This document shows, in pieces, positions 1-7,140 of a stretch of 22,274 nt of DNA. Positions within the stretch are counted from its first letter, which is position 1; every line of letters begins with the position of its first letter. Source of the stretch: Armatimonadota bacterium (GTDB lineage: Bacteria; Sysuimicrobiota; Sysuimicrobiia; Sysuimicrobiales; Humicultoraceae). Below the pieces are notes generated by a model, which had not been told where the DNA came from, made no database searches, and worked only from the letters and a program-made list of their open reading frames with translations. The position numbers and the translations under genes are program-made. The stretch is from assembly GCA_037446215.1 (NCBI GenBank), contig JBBIJB010000024.1:8301-30574 (forward strand), read 5' to 3'.

Positions 1-67
1 GGGAGTAGCGCTTCATCTGCTCCCTGCTGAGCAGCGGCGCCGCCTGATCCGCCGGGACGTCCCTCAT
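1..67 (-). CDS. N-terminal fragment of a probable MoeB/MoeZ/ThiF-family adenylyltransferase (continues beyond the left edge)
   Basis: Not in the ORF track. ATG at 67-65 overlaps the lipA TGA (66-64) as ATGA. Translation MRDVPADQAAPLLSREQMKRYS resembles the LSxE(E/Q)xxRYSR N-terminal motif of the MoeB/ThiF family. Only 22 codons are visible. Confidence 0.6.
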   Translation of the reverse strand, partial: MRDVPADQAAPLLSREQMKRYS

Positions 68-984
68 GCTCGCGTCCTGCGGTCGTCTGCCGCGGTGCCT
101 CTCCCAACGGCCCGGGCGGCCACATCAGCGTTGTAGGAGGAGCGTACCAGCGGGCCCGACTCCACGTGCCTGAACCCGCGACCCAGCGCCTCCTCTCGCA
201 GCCATAGGAACTCGTCGGGGGTGTAGTAGCGGGCCACGGGGTGGTTGCCCGGCCCGGGCCGCAGATACTGGCCCACGGTCAGCACATCGCACCGCGCGGC
301 CCGCAGATCGTCCATCGTCTCGAGCAGCTCCTCGGTGGTCTCGCCGAGGCCGACGATCACCCCGCTCTTGGTCAGGGAGGCCGCGCCCCACTCCTTTGCC
401 CGCCCCAGCAGGCGGAGCGACCGGTCGTACTCGCCGCCGCGGCGCACCTCCCCAAAGAGACGGCGTGTGCACTCGATGTTGTGTCCCAGGACCTCAGGGC
501 CTGCTTCGAGCACCGTCTGGAGCGCCGCGGGATCACCCCGGAAGTCAGGCACGAGCACCTCCACCGTGCAACCGGGCAGCCGCAGGCGGATCTGGCGGAT
601 CGTCTCAGCGAAGAGCGCGGCGCCCCCGTCTTCCAGGTCGTCCCTGGTCACGGAGGTCACGACGGCGTGGCGCAGCCCCATCGCGGCCGCGGCCTCGGCG
701 ACCCGGGCCGGCTCATCTCCGTCGGCCGGATCCGGCCTCCCGTGCGACACCGCGCAGTAGCCGCATCTTCGCGTGCACCTCTGCCCCAGGATGAGGAACG
801 TCGCGGTGCGCCTCTGCCAGCACTCACCCACGTTGGGACAGCGCGCCTCCTCGCAGACGGTGTGCATCTGGAGGCCGCGCATTATCCCCACCAGGTCGGC
901 GTAGTCGGGCCCGCCCGGAAGGCGTACCTTCAACCAGGGAGGACGGCGGACGCCGGCGGGTGCGGCGGGGCGGCCGCTAGGCAT
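64..984 (-). CDS. lipA: Lipoyl synthase (radical SAM)
   Basis: CX4CX5C (CEEARCPNVGEC), CX3CX2C (CTRRCGYC), TATFLILG, GQYLRP and C-terminal RSSY motifs. Start overlaps the lpdA stop by 8 nt. Confidence 0.97.
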   Translation of the reverse strand: MPSGRPAAPAGVRRPPWLKVRLPGGPDYADLVGIMRGLQMHTVCEEARCPNVGECWQRRTATFLILGQRCTRRCGYCAVSHGRPDPADGDEPARVAEAAAAMGLRHAVVTSVTRDDLEDGGAALFAETIRQIRLRLPGCTVEVLVPDFRGDPAALQTVLEAGPEVLGHNIECTRRLFGEVRRGGEYDRSLRLLGRAKEWGAASLTKSGVIVGLGETTEELLETMDDLRAARCDVLTVGQYLRPGPGNHPVARYYTPDEFLWLREEALGRGFRHVESGPLVRSSYNADVAARAVGRGTAADDRRTRA

Positions 985-2374
985 GCAGCACTCGGCCCAT
1001 GGCGTCCAGGGCGGCCTCCTTCAGCGCCTCGGAGAGAGTGGGGTGGGCATACACGGCGCCTCCGAGCTCGGCCACCGTACCCTCGAGGAAGCGGGTGGCC
1101 ACGCCGGCCGCGAGCAGCTCCGTGGCCGAGGGGCCAAGGATGTGAACGCCGAGCACCTCGCCGGTTGCGGCGTCGCTCACGATCTTCACGAAGCCCTCGC
1201 GCTCCCCGTCGATGGTCGCCTTGCTGTTTGCCGCGAACGCGAAGCGGCCGACCTTCACCGCCCGGCCCGCCTCCTCTGCCTGGGTCTCACTCTGCCCCAT
1301 CGTCGCAACCTGCGGTGTCGAGAAGGTGGGCCTGGGGACCGTCATGTAGTCTATGGGCGGCCCGGCCTCTCCGGCAATCGACTCCACCGCGTGAATCGCC
1401 TCGTCCGAGGCGACATGCGCCAGCCGGAACGGCCCACCGATCACATCGCCCACCGCCAGGATCTCGGGGACCGCGGTGCGGAAGCCGGCGTCCACGACTA
1501 CACCCTGCGGCTTGACCTCCACTCCCGCCTCAGCGAGGCCGAGCCCCTCGGTCTGAGGAGCGCGTCCCACCGCAACCAGGAGGTAGTCGGCGGTGATGCT
1601 CTCCGTCTCCCCGCCCTTCTCGAGGGAGATCTGCAGGCCGGCCTTACCGTGGACGGCCGCCTTGACCGTTGTGCCGGTGTGAACGGCGATCCCCCTGCGC
1701 TTGTAGATCTTCTCCAGCGCCCGGCCGACCTCGGCGTCTTCCAACGGCAGCAGGGTCGGCAGCAGCTCCACCAGTGTGACCCTGCTTCCCAGGGCCGCGA
1801 AGAGCGTCGCGAACTCCACACCGATCGCCCCGCCCCCCAGGATTGCGATGCTCTTCGGAACCTCGCCCAGCGAGAGGGCTCCGGTGCTGTCGATGATCCG
1901 CTCGTTGTCTATCTCGACTCCCGGCACGCCCCGAGGGGCCGATCCGGTGGCGATCAGGATGTGCCTCGCCGAGAGCTCCAGGCCGGGGCCCCCGGGCCCC
2001 TCGACCGCGACGCGGCCCTTGCCCAGGAGCCGTCCGGTGCCTGAGTGGACGTCTATCTTGTGCTTGCGCATAAGGAGCTGCACGCCCTTACCCAACCCCT
2101 CGACCACCGCGCCCTTCCTCTTCTGCAGCTTGGCGAAGTCCACGCTGGCGGGGCCGCACTCTATCCCCAGTGACGAGGCGGACTTCAGCTGCCGCAGCAG
2201 GTCAGCGGCGTGAAGCAGTACCTTGGTGGGGACGCAGCCCCAGTTCAGGCAGACCCCGCCCAGTTTCTCGCGCTCGACCAGCGCCGTTCGAAGCCCCAGC
2301 TGGGAGGCGCGGATCGCTCCCACGTAGCCTGCCGGTCCTCCACCGACCACCACGAGATCGTATGCTTCGGACAC
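977..2374 (-). CDS. lpdA: Dihydrolipoamide dehydrogenase (E3)
   Basis: GGGPAGY FAD motif, redox disulfide GGVCLNWGCVPTK, GGGAIGVEFA NAD motif, C-terminal HPTLSE. Start re-called to GTG at 2374 (VSEAYDLVVV) with GGGAGGG just upstream, giving 465 aa rather than the 645-aa track ORF. Confidence 0.95.
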   Translation of the reverse strand: MSEAYDLVVVGGGPAGYVGAIRASQLGLRTALVEREKLGGVCLNWGCVPTKVLLHAADLLRQLKSASSLGIECGPASVDFAKLQKRKGAVVEGLGKGVQLLMRKHKIDVHSGTGRLLGKGRVAVEGPGGPGLELSARHILIATGSAPRGVPGVEIDNERIIDSTGALSLGEVPKSIAILGGGAIGVEFATLFAALGSRVTLVELLPTLLPLEDAEVGRALEKIYKRRGIAVHTGTTVKAAVHGKAGLQISLEKGGETESITADYLLVAVGRAPQTEGLGLAEAGVEVKPQGVVVDAGFRTAVPEILAVGDVIGGPFRLAHVASDEAIHAVESIAGEAGPPIDYMTVPRPTFSTPQVATMGQSETQAEEAGRAVKVGRFAFAANSKATIDGEREGFVKIVSDAATGEVLGVHILGPSATELLAAGVATRFLEGTVAELGGAVYAHPTLSEALKEAALDAMGRVLHA

Positions 2375-2493
2375 GTCACCCTCCCGAGATGCCGACTCCT
2401 CGCTAAGCCGCGGCCCACCGTGCGGCTTGCCCGGGCGCACCGAGAACACGGTACAGTTCTTGGGACGCGCGCTTGCCTCCTCCGGCCTCCCGA

Positions 2494-3519
2494 CTAACCC
2501 CTGACACGCAGCCGCATGGTGTGGTAGCCGCTGGAACCGTCGGGAAATGGGGGCGTCTCCTGGGCGGTCTGCAGGATGCCGGCCCCGTCCTTGGCGCGGA
2601 CTCTGAGCGTGTACTCCCCCGGTCTGGGAGGCTTCCAGCTGGCAGCCCAGAGGACCCACGTGTGGTCGCCCAGCGCCCGCTTCACCTCGGCGGCAAACCA
2701 GGTCCGCCCTCCGTCGGCGCTGACCTCTATCTCCCGGATCCCCCTGTCCCCGCCGTAGGCGATACCACCCAGATCGACCGGCCCGGGCCCCACAGGCGAT
2801 CCCTTGGGCAGACGGAACGAGGAGGAGGTCTTCACGACGGCCTCGTCGCTCCAGCCCGATGCCTGCCAGTAGCCGGTGAACTGGCTCTTGACCGCCTCGG
2901 CTCGGACTATCCACTTCACGTTCTTCATCCCGTACAGACCCGGGACCAGCAGCCGGGCGGGGAAGCCGTGCTCCCCGGTCAGCGGCCTGCCGTTCATCTC
3001 GAGGGCGAGCAGCGTGTCCGGGTGCATCGCCTCGGCCACCGGAAGCCCTTCGGTGTAGCCGTCGGCGCAGCGCACGGCGAACCTGGTTGCCTCCGGGCTC
3101 ACCCCGCCGGCCAGGACCACGAGATCGCTAAACCTGACGCCCCGCCAGTGAGCGTTGCCTATCAGGTCTCCGCCCACCGGGTTGTTTATGCACTCCAGCG
3201 TGTGGTAGCGTTCTACGGCCCGCATCGCCTTGAGCTGATCGTAGGTGAGCCGCAGCGGCTTCCCCACCAGCCCCGTTATCTCGAGGCTCCATCGGCCCGG
3301 TTCCAGCCGGGGGTCCCTTCCCGCGGAGTTCTTGCTTATCGAGAAGAACGTGCCGACGGGCGTCACCTCGAGGGGCAGCCCCCTCATCCGATCGAAGATC
3401 GAGGCGGCAGCCGCCATAGCGCCGGCCGCCGCGGACGAGAGCCACTGAAGCAGCGCCGCCACGCCCGTCACCGAGGCAGCGGCGACACCCACGCGGGCAA
3501 TGAACTCCCTCCGGCGCAT
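2494..3519 (-). CDS. Tat-exported molybdopterin oxidoreductase, sulfite oxidase family (SorA/SoxC/MsrP-like)
   Basis: Twin-arginine signal MRRREF followed by a hydrophobic stretch; Mo-ligating Cys in TLECINN; HGFPARLLVPGLYGMKNVKW; C-terminal Ig-like dimerisation domain (EVSADGGRTW...GEYTLRVRAKD). Confidence 0.9.
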   Translation of the reverse strand: MRRREFIARVGVAAASVTGVAALLQWLSSAAAGAMAAAASIFDRMRGLPLEVTPVGTFFSISKNSAGRDPRLEPGRWSLEITGLVGKPLRLTYDQLKAMRAVERYHTLECINNPVGGDLIGNAHWRGVRFSDLVVLAGGVSPEATRFAVRCADGYTEGLPVAEAMHPDTLLALEMNGRPLTGEHGFPARLLVPGLYGMKNVKWIVRAEAVKSQFTGYWQASGWSDEAVVKTSSSFRLPKGSPVGPGPVDLGGIAYGGDRGIREIEVSADGGRTWFAAEVKRALGDHTWVLWAASWKPPRPGEYTLRVRAKDGAGILQTAQETPPFPDGSSGYHTMRLRVRG

Positions 3520-3573
3520 CTGATCTCCACCGTCCTTCCTGCGCTGCGCACGGCCCTCGCGCCCGTCAAAGGG

Positions 3574-3604
3574 CGCGCGCCCCGGCCTTGTGCCGGGGCG
3601 CGCG
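3574..3604 (-). terminator. 13-bp GC-rich stem-loop downstream of nuoC; possible intrinsic terminator or mRNA-stabilising hairpin
   Basis: CGCGCGCCCCGGC (3574-3586), 5-nt loop, GCCGGGGCGCGCG (3592-3604): perfect inverted repeat. Followed on the minus strand by CCCTTT, only a weak U tract. Confidence 0.6.
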
Positions 3605-3630
3605 GTGGCTTGCGGCTTCAGCGGCGGCGG

Positions 3631-4194
3631 CTACTCCTCCGGCGCCTCCCCGGCCTCGCGGCGGCGCGTCTCGATGAGCTCTGTCATCCACCGCGGCTCC
3701 TGGAAGACGTAGTCCTTACGAAGCGGGTGCCCGATCCAGTCGTCGGTCATCATTATCCGCCGCAGGTCCGGGTGCCCGACGAAGGCTACCCCGAAGAGGT
3801 CGAACGCCTCCCGCTCGTGCCACAGCGCGCCGCTCCATATCCCGGAAACGCTGGGAACGCTGGGCGAATTCCGGTCAACCCTCGCCTTGATCAGCAGCTC
3901 GTGGTTCGCCGCCGTCGAGTACAAGTGGTAGACCACCTCGAACTGCCCTGCGTCCGGGCGATCGACCGCAGACACGAACGAGCAGTAGTCCAGGAGAAAG
4001 GGCTCCTCATCCCTCAGCGCCCGGCAGATCTCGGGGAGCCTCTCGGCGGGCACGTACGCGCCCGGAGTTAGAAAGGCAGGCGCCTTCTGCTTGTGCGCGC
4101 CCTCCTCGCCGCCTTCATGCCCTTCCTCGGGGCCCGGGAGCGGCTCCGCCTCCGGGAACCGGGTCTTCAGTCTCTCGACCAGCTCCCAGCTCAT
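3631..4194 (-). CDS. nuoC: NADH-quinone oxidoreductase subunit C
   Basis: FEVVYHL, WHEREAFDLFG, GHPDLRRI and GHPLRKDY motifs. Start overlaps the nuoI stop (ATGA). Confidence 0.93.
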   Translation of the reverse strand: MSWELVERLKTRFPEAEPLPGPEEGHEGGEEGAHKQKAPAFLTPGAYVPAERLPEICRALRDEEPFLLDYCSFVSAVDRPDAGQFEVVYHLYSTAANHELLIKARVDRNSPSVPSVSGIWSGALWHEREAFDLFGVAFVGHPDLRRIMMTDDWIGHPLRKDYVFQEPRWMTELIETRRREAGEAPEE

Positions 4195-4670
4195 CGACCC
4201 CTCCCCATCTTGACCAGCCCGCGCGCCGGCGGCTCCTTAGGCGCCGCGCGGTGCAGATCCTCGAGGTCGTAGAGGAGGCGGGCACGATCGCGCGTGCTCG
4301 CCTCGTACTCGGGGATGAAGACGATCGCATCCGTGGGGCATACCTCCACGCATAGGCCGCAGTAGCAGCACTTGTCCATCTCGATGTCGAACCGGGTGAG
4401 GACCCGCTCCTTGCCCTTTCCGGTGGACTCTATGTGGATGCACCTGTCCGGGCATACCCGCTCGCACTGGAGACAGATTATGCACTTGTCCTTGCCCGTC
4501 TCCGGGTCGAGGGGCAGCGCGAGGAGACCGTGCCACCTGGGCGAAACCTCGAGCTTCTCGAGAGGGTACTTGACCGTGATCTTCCTGTCCAGCAGCACCC
4601 GGAACGTCACGCGGAGCCCAAGGTACAGGCCGTTGATGGCGTCCCAGGCGCGCGCGGCAAGCTCTGCCAT
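4191..4670 (-). CDS. nuoI: NADH-quinone oxidoreductase subunit I (2x[4Fe-4S])
   Basis: Two ferredoxin motifs CIICLQCERVCP and CCYCGLCVEVCP; N-terminal GLRVT...TVKYP typical of NuoI. Start is ATG 4670 or GTG 4676. Confidence 0.9.
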   Translation of the reverse strand: MAELAARAWDAINGLYLGLRVTFRVLLDRKITVKYPLEKLEVSPRWHGLLALPLDPETGKDKCIICLQCERVCPDRCIHIESTGKGKERVLTRFDIEMDKCCYCGLCVEVCPTDAIVFIPEYEASTRDRARLLYDLEDLHRAAPKEPPARGLVKMGRGR

Positions 4671-4679
4671 CCCCACCCC

Positions 4680-5783
4680 CTACCGATCCACGTCCGAAAG
4701 CACGATGTCGACGCTGCCCAGGATGGCCACGAGATCTGCCACCTTCCAGCCTCGCATTATCTCGGTCAGCGCATAGAGGTTGCTAAACGACGGGGCGCGG
4801 ATCTTGACCCGGTGGGGCTTGTCCGTGCCTTCACTCACCAGGTAGATCCCGAGGTCGCCTCGCGGCGACTCCGTTCGGGCGTAGACCTCTCCCCTGGGGA
4901 GCCTGACGTTGACCGGGACCCTCGCGCGCACCTCCCCCTCGGGGAGCCTCTCTATCGCCTGGCGGATGATGCGCACGCTCTGCCGCATCTCCTCCATGCG
5001 GACCTGGTAGCGGGCGAAGCAGTCCCCGCCCTCGAACACCGGAACATCGAACTCCACATCGCCATAGGCCTCGTACGGGTGAGCCCTGCGGACGTCGAAG
5101 TCGACTCCCGACCCGCGCGCGATAGGTCCGCAGGCACCCATGTTGATCGCGGCATCGCGAGGAAGCACGCCCACGCCCAGCACCCGGGCCCGGAAGATCG
5201 GGTTGCCGGTCAGGAGCTCGTGGTACTCCACCATGCGGTCTAGGAGCTCGTCGCAGAACTCCAGCGCGCGATCGGTCCAGCCCTCCGGCAGGTCCGTCAG
5301 GACGCCTCCGGGACGGAAGTAGACGTAGTGGAGGCGTCCACCCGTTACCTGCTCCAGCAGGTCCAGGATGCGCTCCCTCTCGCGGAAGCAGTAGATGAAG
5401 ACCGTCGAGGCTCCCAGGTCTATCCCCCAGGTGCCCAGCCACACCAAGTGGCTGGAGATCCGCTGGAACTCGAGCATGATGGTCCGAATCCACTTCGCGC
5501 GAGGAGGAACCTCGATGCCGCCCAGGCGCTCCACGGCCAGGAGGTATGCCTCCTCGTTCGCGAGCGCCGTCAGGTAGTCCATGCCGCGGTCGACCAGGGC
5601 CACGTTTTGGAGGTAGGTGCGGTGCTCCATCATCTTCTCGAGGGAGGAGTGCAGGTAACCGATGTCCGGCTTGACCCCCGCGATGTTCTCGCCGTCGATC
5701 GTGAGGATGAGGCGCAGCACACCGTGCGTGCTGGGGTGCTGGGGCCCCATGTTGAGCATGAGTTCCTCGGTGTGAAGCCTCAC
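4680..5783 (-). CDS. nuoD: NADH-quinone oxidoreductase subunit D (49-kDa-type)
   Basis: NMGPQHPSTHGVLRL, GYLH, RISSHL, ESPRGDLG, KIRAPSF and C-terminal DIVLSDVDR. No NiFe CxxC pairs. Confidence 0.95.
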   Translation of the reverse strand: MRLHTEELMLNMGPQHPSTHGVLRLILTIDGENIAGVKPDIGYLHSSLEKMMEHRTYLQNVALVDRGMDYLTALANEEAYLLAVERLGGIEVPPRAKWIRTIMLEFQRISSHLVWLGTWGIDLGASTVFIYCFRERERILDLLEQVTGGRLHYVYFRPGGVLTDLPEGWTDRALEFCDELLDRMVEYHELLTGNPIFRARVLGVGVLPRDAAINMGACGPIARGSGVDFDVRRAHPYEAYGDVEFDVPVFEGGDCFARYQVRMEEMRQSVRIIRQAIERLPEGEVRARVPVNVRLPRGEVYARTESPRGDLGIYLVSEGTDKPHRVKIRAPSFSNLYALTEIMRGWKVADLVAILGSVDIVLSDVDR

Positions 5784-5816
5784 CGCGCACGCCCTACGTG
5801 GGCTCGCAGGTGCATC

Positions 5817-6377
5817 CTACGCCCCTCCGTCCCTCGCGGGCCTCAGAAACCGCTCGCCCTTGATCTTGTCCTGGAGCCTCAGGATGCCCTCGATCAGGGC
5901 CTCGGGCCGTGGAGGACAGCCCGGGACGTAGACGTCCACCGGAACTATCTCGTCGATGCCCTTCACTATGGAGTAGTTGTCGTGGTAGAAAGGCCCGCCG
6001 CAGGTCGCGCACGAGCCCATCGAGAGGACGTACTTGGGCTCCGGCATCTGCTCCCACAGCCGCCGGACGATAGGGGCCATCTTGATCGAGCACCGACCCG
6101 CCGCGATCATCAGGTCGGTCTGGCGGGGGGTAGCCCGGGGCATGACGCCTATGCGGTCGAGATCGAACCGTCCGGCCCACGCCGCCATCATCTCTATCGC
6201 GCAGCACGCGAGGCCGAAGGTCAGGGGCCACAGGCTGGCTGCGCGGCTCCAGTTGAGCACGTACTCGACCTTCGTGAGGACGACACTCCCTCCGGGGAGC
6301 CGTTCTACCGCACCCACCACCTTGCCTATGGGTGCGCTCCTGGAGGCCGCGTGTATCGGGATCTCGGAATTAGCCAT
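5817..6377 (-). CDS. nuoB: NADH-quinone oxidoreductase subunit B (cluster N2)
   Basis: [10 protein letters not shown] tandem cysteines, [19 protein letters not shown]. Start re-called to ATG 6377 with GGAGGG at 6387-6382; the track start at 6425 lies inside the promoter. Confidence 0.95.
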   Translation of the reverse strand: MANSEIPIHAASRSAPIGKVVGAVERLPGGSVVLTKVEYVLNWSRAASLWPLTFGLACCAIEMMAAWAGRFDLDRIGVMPRATPRQTDLMIAAGRCSIKMAPIVRRLWEQMPEPKYVLSMGSCATCGGPFYHDNYSIVKGIDEIVPVDVYVPGCPPRPEALIEGILRLQDKIKGERFLRPARDGGA

Positions 6378-6415
6378 CGAACCCTCCAACCCTGCGCAGG
6401 GCCGCAATCCAGGCA

Positions 6416-6444
6416 ATGGTAGCATCGCCTGAAAGGAGCGTCAA
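6416..6444 (-). promoter_or_regulatory. Sigma70-type promoter for nuoBDIC
   Basis: Minus strand TTGACG (6444-6439), 17-nt spacer, TACCAT (6421-6416), preceded by an extended -10 TGn (TGC). Confidence 0.75.
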
Positions 6445-6484
6445 ACGGCGCGCCGCGGCCCCCGCAGTGACGCTACCGCCTGCG

Positions 6485-6949
6485 TTACCCGAAGAGGCGG
6501 TCCTTCTCCAGCAGCCTCCGGAGGGTGGTGATCTTGCCGACGTGGTAGCCGCGGTGGTGGACCATGAAGGTGAGGGCCTCCCCGACGGAGCCGTACACCT
6601 TGCTCCCTTCGAGCGGCTGATCCAAAGGGGCCGTGGCGGCCAGATCGCAGAGCAGCTCGTTCATCGCCGCCAGGAGCGGGCGGATCTCATCCAGCGGCGG
6701 GTAGTCGGCCTCTCCTCCGGAGCCCATCGCGAAGAGGGTATCGTAGCTTGCCGGCAGGTCCGCCTGCCGGCCGGCCCGGCGAAGCAGGAGCGCCTCTGTC
6801 AGGAGCACGTGGCCGGCCTGCCAGACGATGGGGGTCAGGCCGTGCACGTTGGCAGCCGCCTCCTCCTCTGAGAGGTCGGAGAGGCATCGCGTGATACGCT
6901 CGGCGGTCTTAGTGAGAACCCATCTCAATAGCGTGCGTTGATCGCTCAT
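6485..6949 (-). CDS. DinB/YfiT-family protein (putative metal-dependent thiol S-transferase-like)
   Basis: 154 aa, helical pattern; WQAGH (H47) and HHRGYHVGKI (H132xxxH136) form the His triad typical of DinB. GGAGGAG upstream. Confidence 0.8.
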   Translation of the reverse strand: MSDQRTLLRWVLTKTAERITRCLSDLSEEEAAANVHGLTPIVWQAGHVLLTEALLLRRAGRQADLPASYDTLFAMGSGGEADYPPLDEIRPLLAAMNELLCDLAATAPLDQPLEGSKVYGSVGEALTFMVHHRGYHVGKITTLRRLLEKDRLFG

Positions 6950-7047
6950 CGCCCTTCATCTCCTCCCGGCATCCGCGGGCCGGACGCCCTCGGCCATCCC
7001 TGCGCCAGCCCCGCGCCTGTCCCCTCTCCCTTGGATGAGCGAGCGCG

Positions 7048-7108
7048 CATACCCTCCTGAGGACCTCAGGAAGGGTGTGGAGCGCGGCACACAGAACCCT
7101 GTCAGGGT
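7048..7108. repeat. Two related inverted repeats in the divergent dinB/transketolase intergenic region
   Basis: TCCTGAGG-A-CCTCAGGA (7055-7071), extendable by CATACCC/GGGTGTG with one bulge; and ACCCTG-T-CAGGGT (7096-7108). Function unknown. Confidence 0.6.
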
Positions 7109-7140
7109 CAGGAGTAAGCAACCCGCAGAAGGGGCACCCC

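Noticed and set aside
2443..2460. Gram-positive LexA (SOS) box
   Set aside because: The spacer is 8 nt; the box requires GAAC-N4-GTTC.
2375..2914. 180-aa N-terminal extension of LpdA in the 645-aa track ORF (possible domain fusion)
   Set aside because: It overlaps the Mo-enzyme gene in another frame, has no recognisable domain, and a good RBS plus GTG exists at 2374.
3536..3570. Minus-strand TTGACG as a promoter for the Mo-enzyme gene
   Set aside because: No plausible -10 element 16-18 nt downstream.
4680..6377. Group 4 [NiFe]-hydrogenase (Ech/Hyc-like) interpretation
   Set aside because: The large subunit lacks both CxxC Ni-binding motifs and ends in DVDR; the small subunit has the complex I CC motif.
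7094..7123. SRP RNA-like string GAACCCTGTCAGGGTCAGGAGTAAGCA
   Set aside because: Only superficially like helix 8 (CAGG-TCC-GGAA-GGA-AGCA): the stem does not pair, there is no GNRA loop and no enclosing long helix.
6950..7140. TPP riboswitch upstream of transketolase
   Set aside because: The conserved CUGAGA and CCUGAU...GCGxAGGGA elements are not present on either strand.
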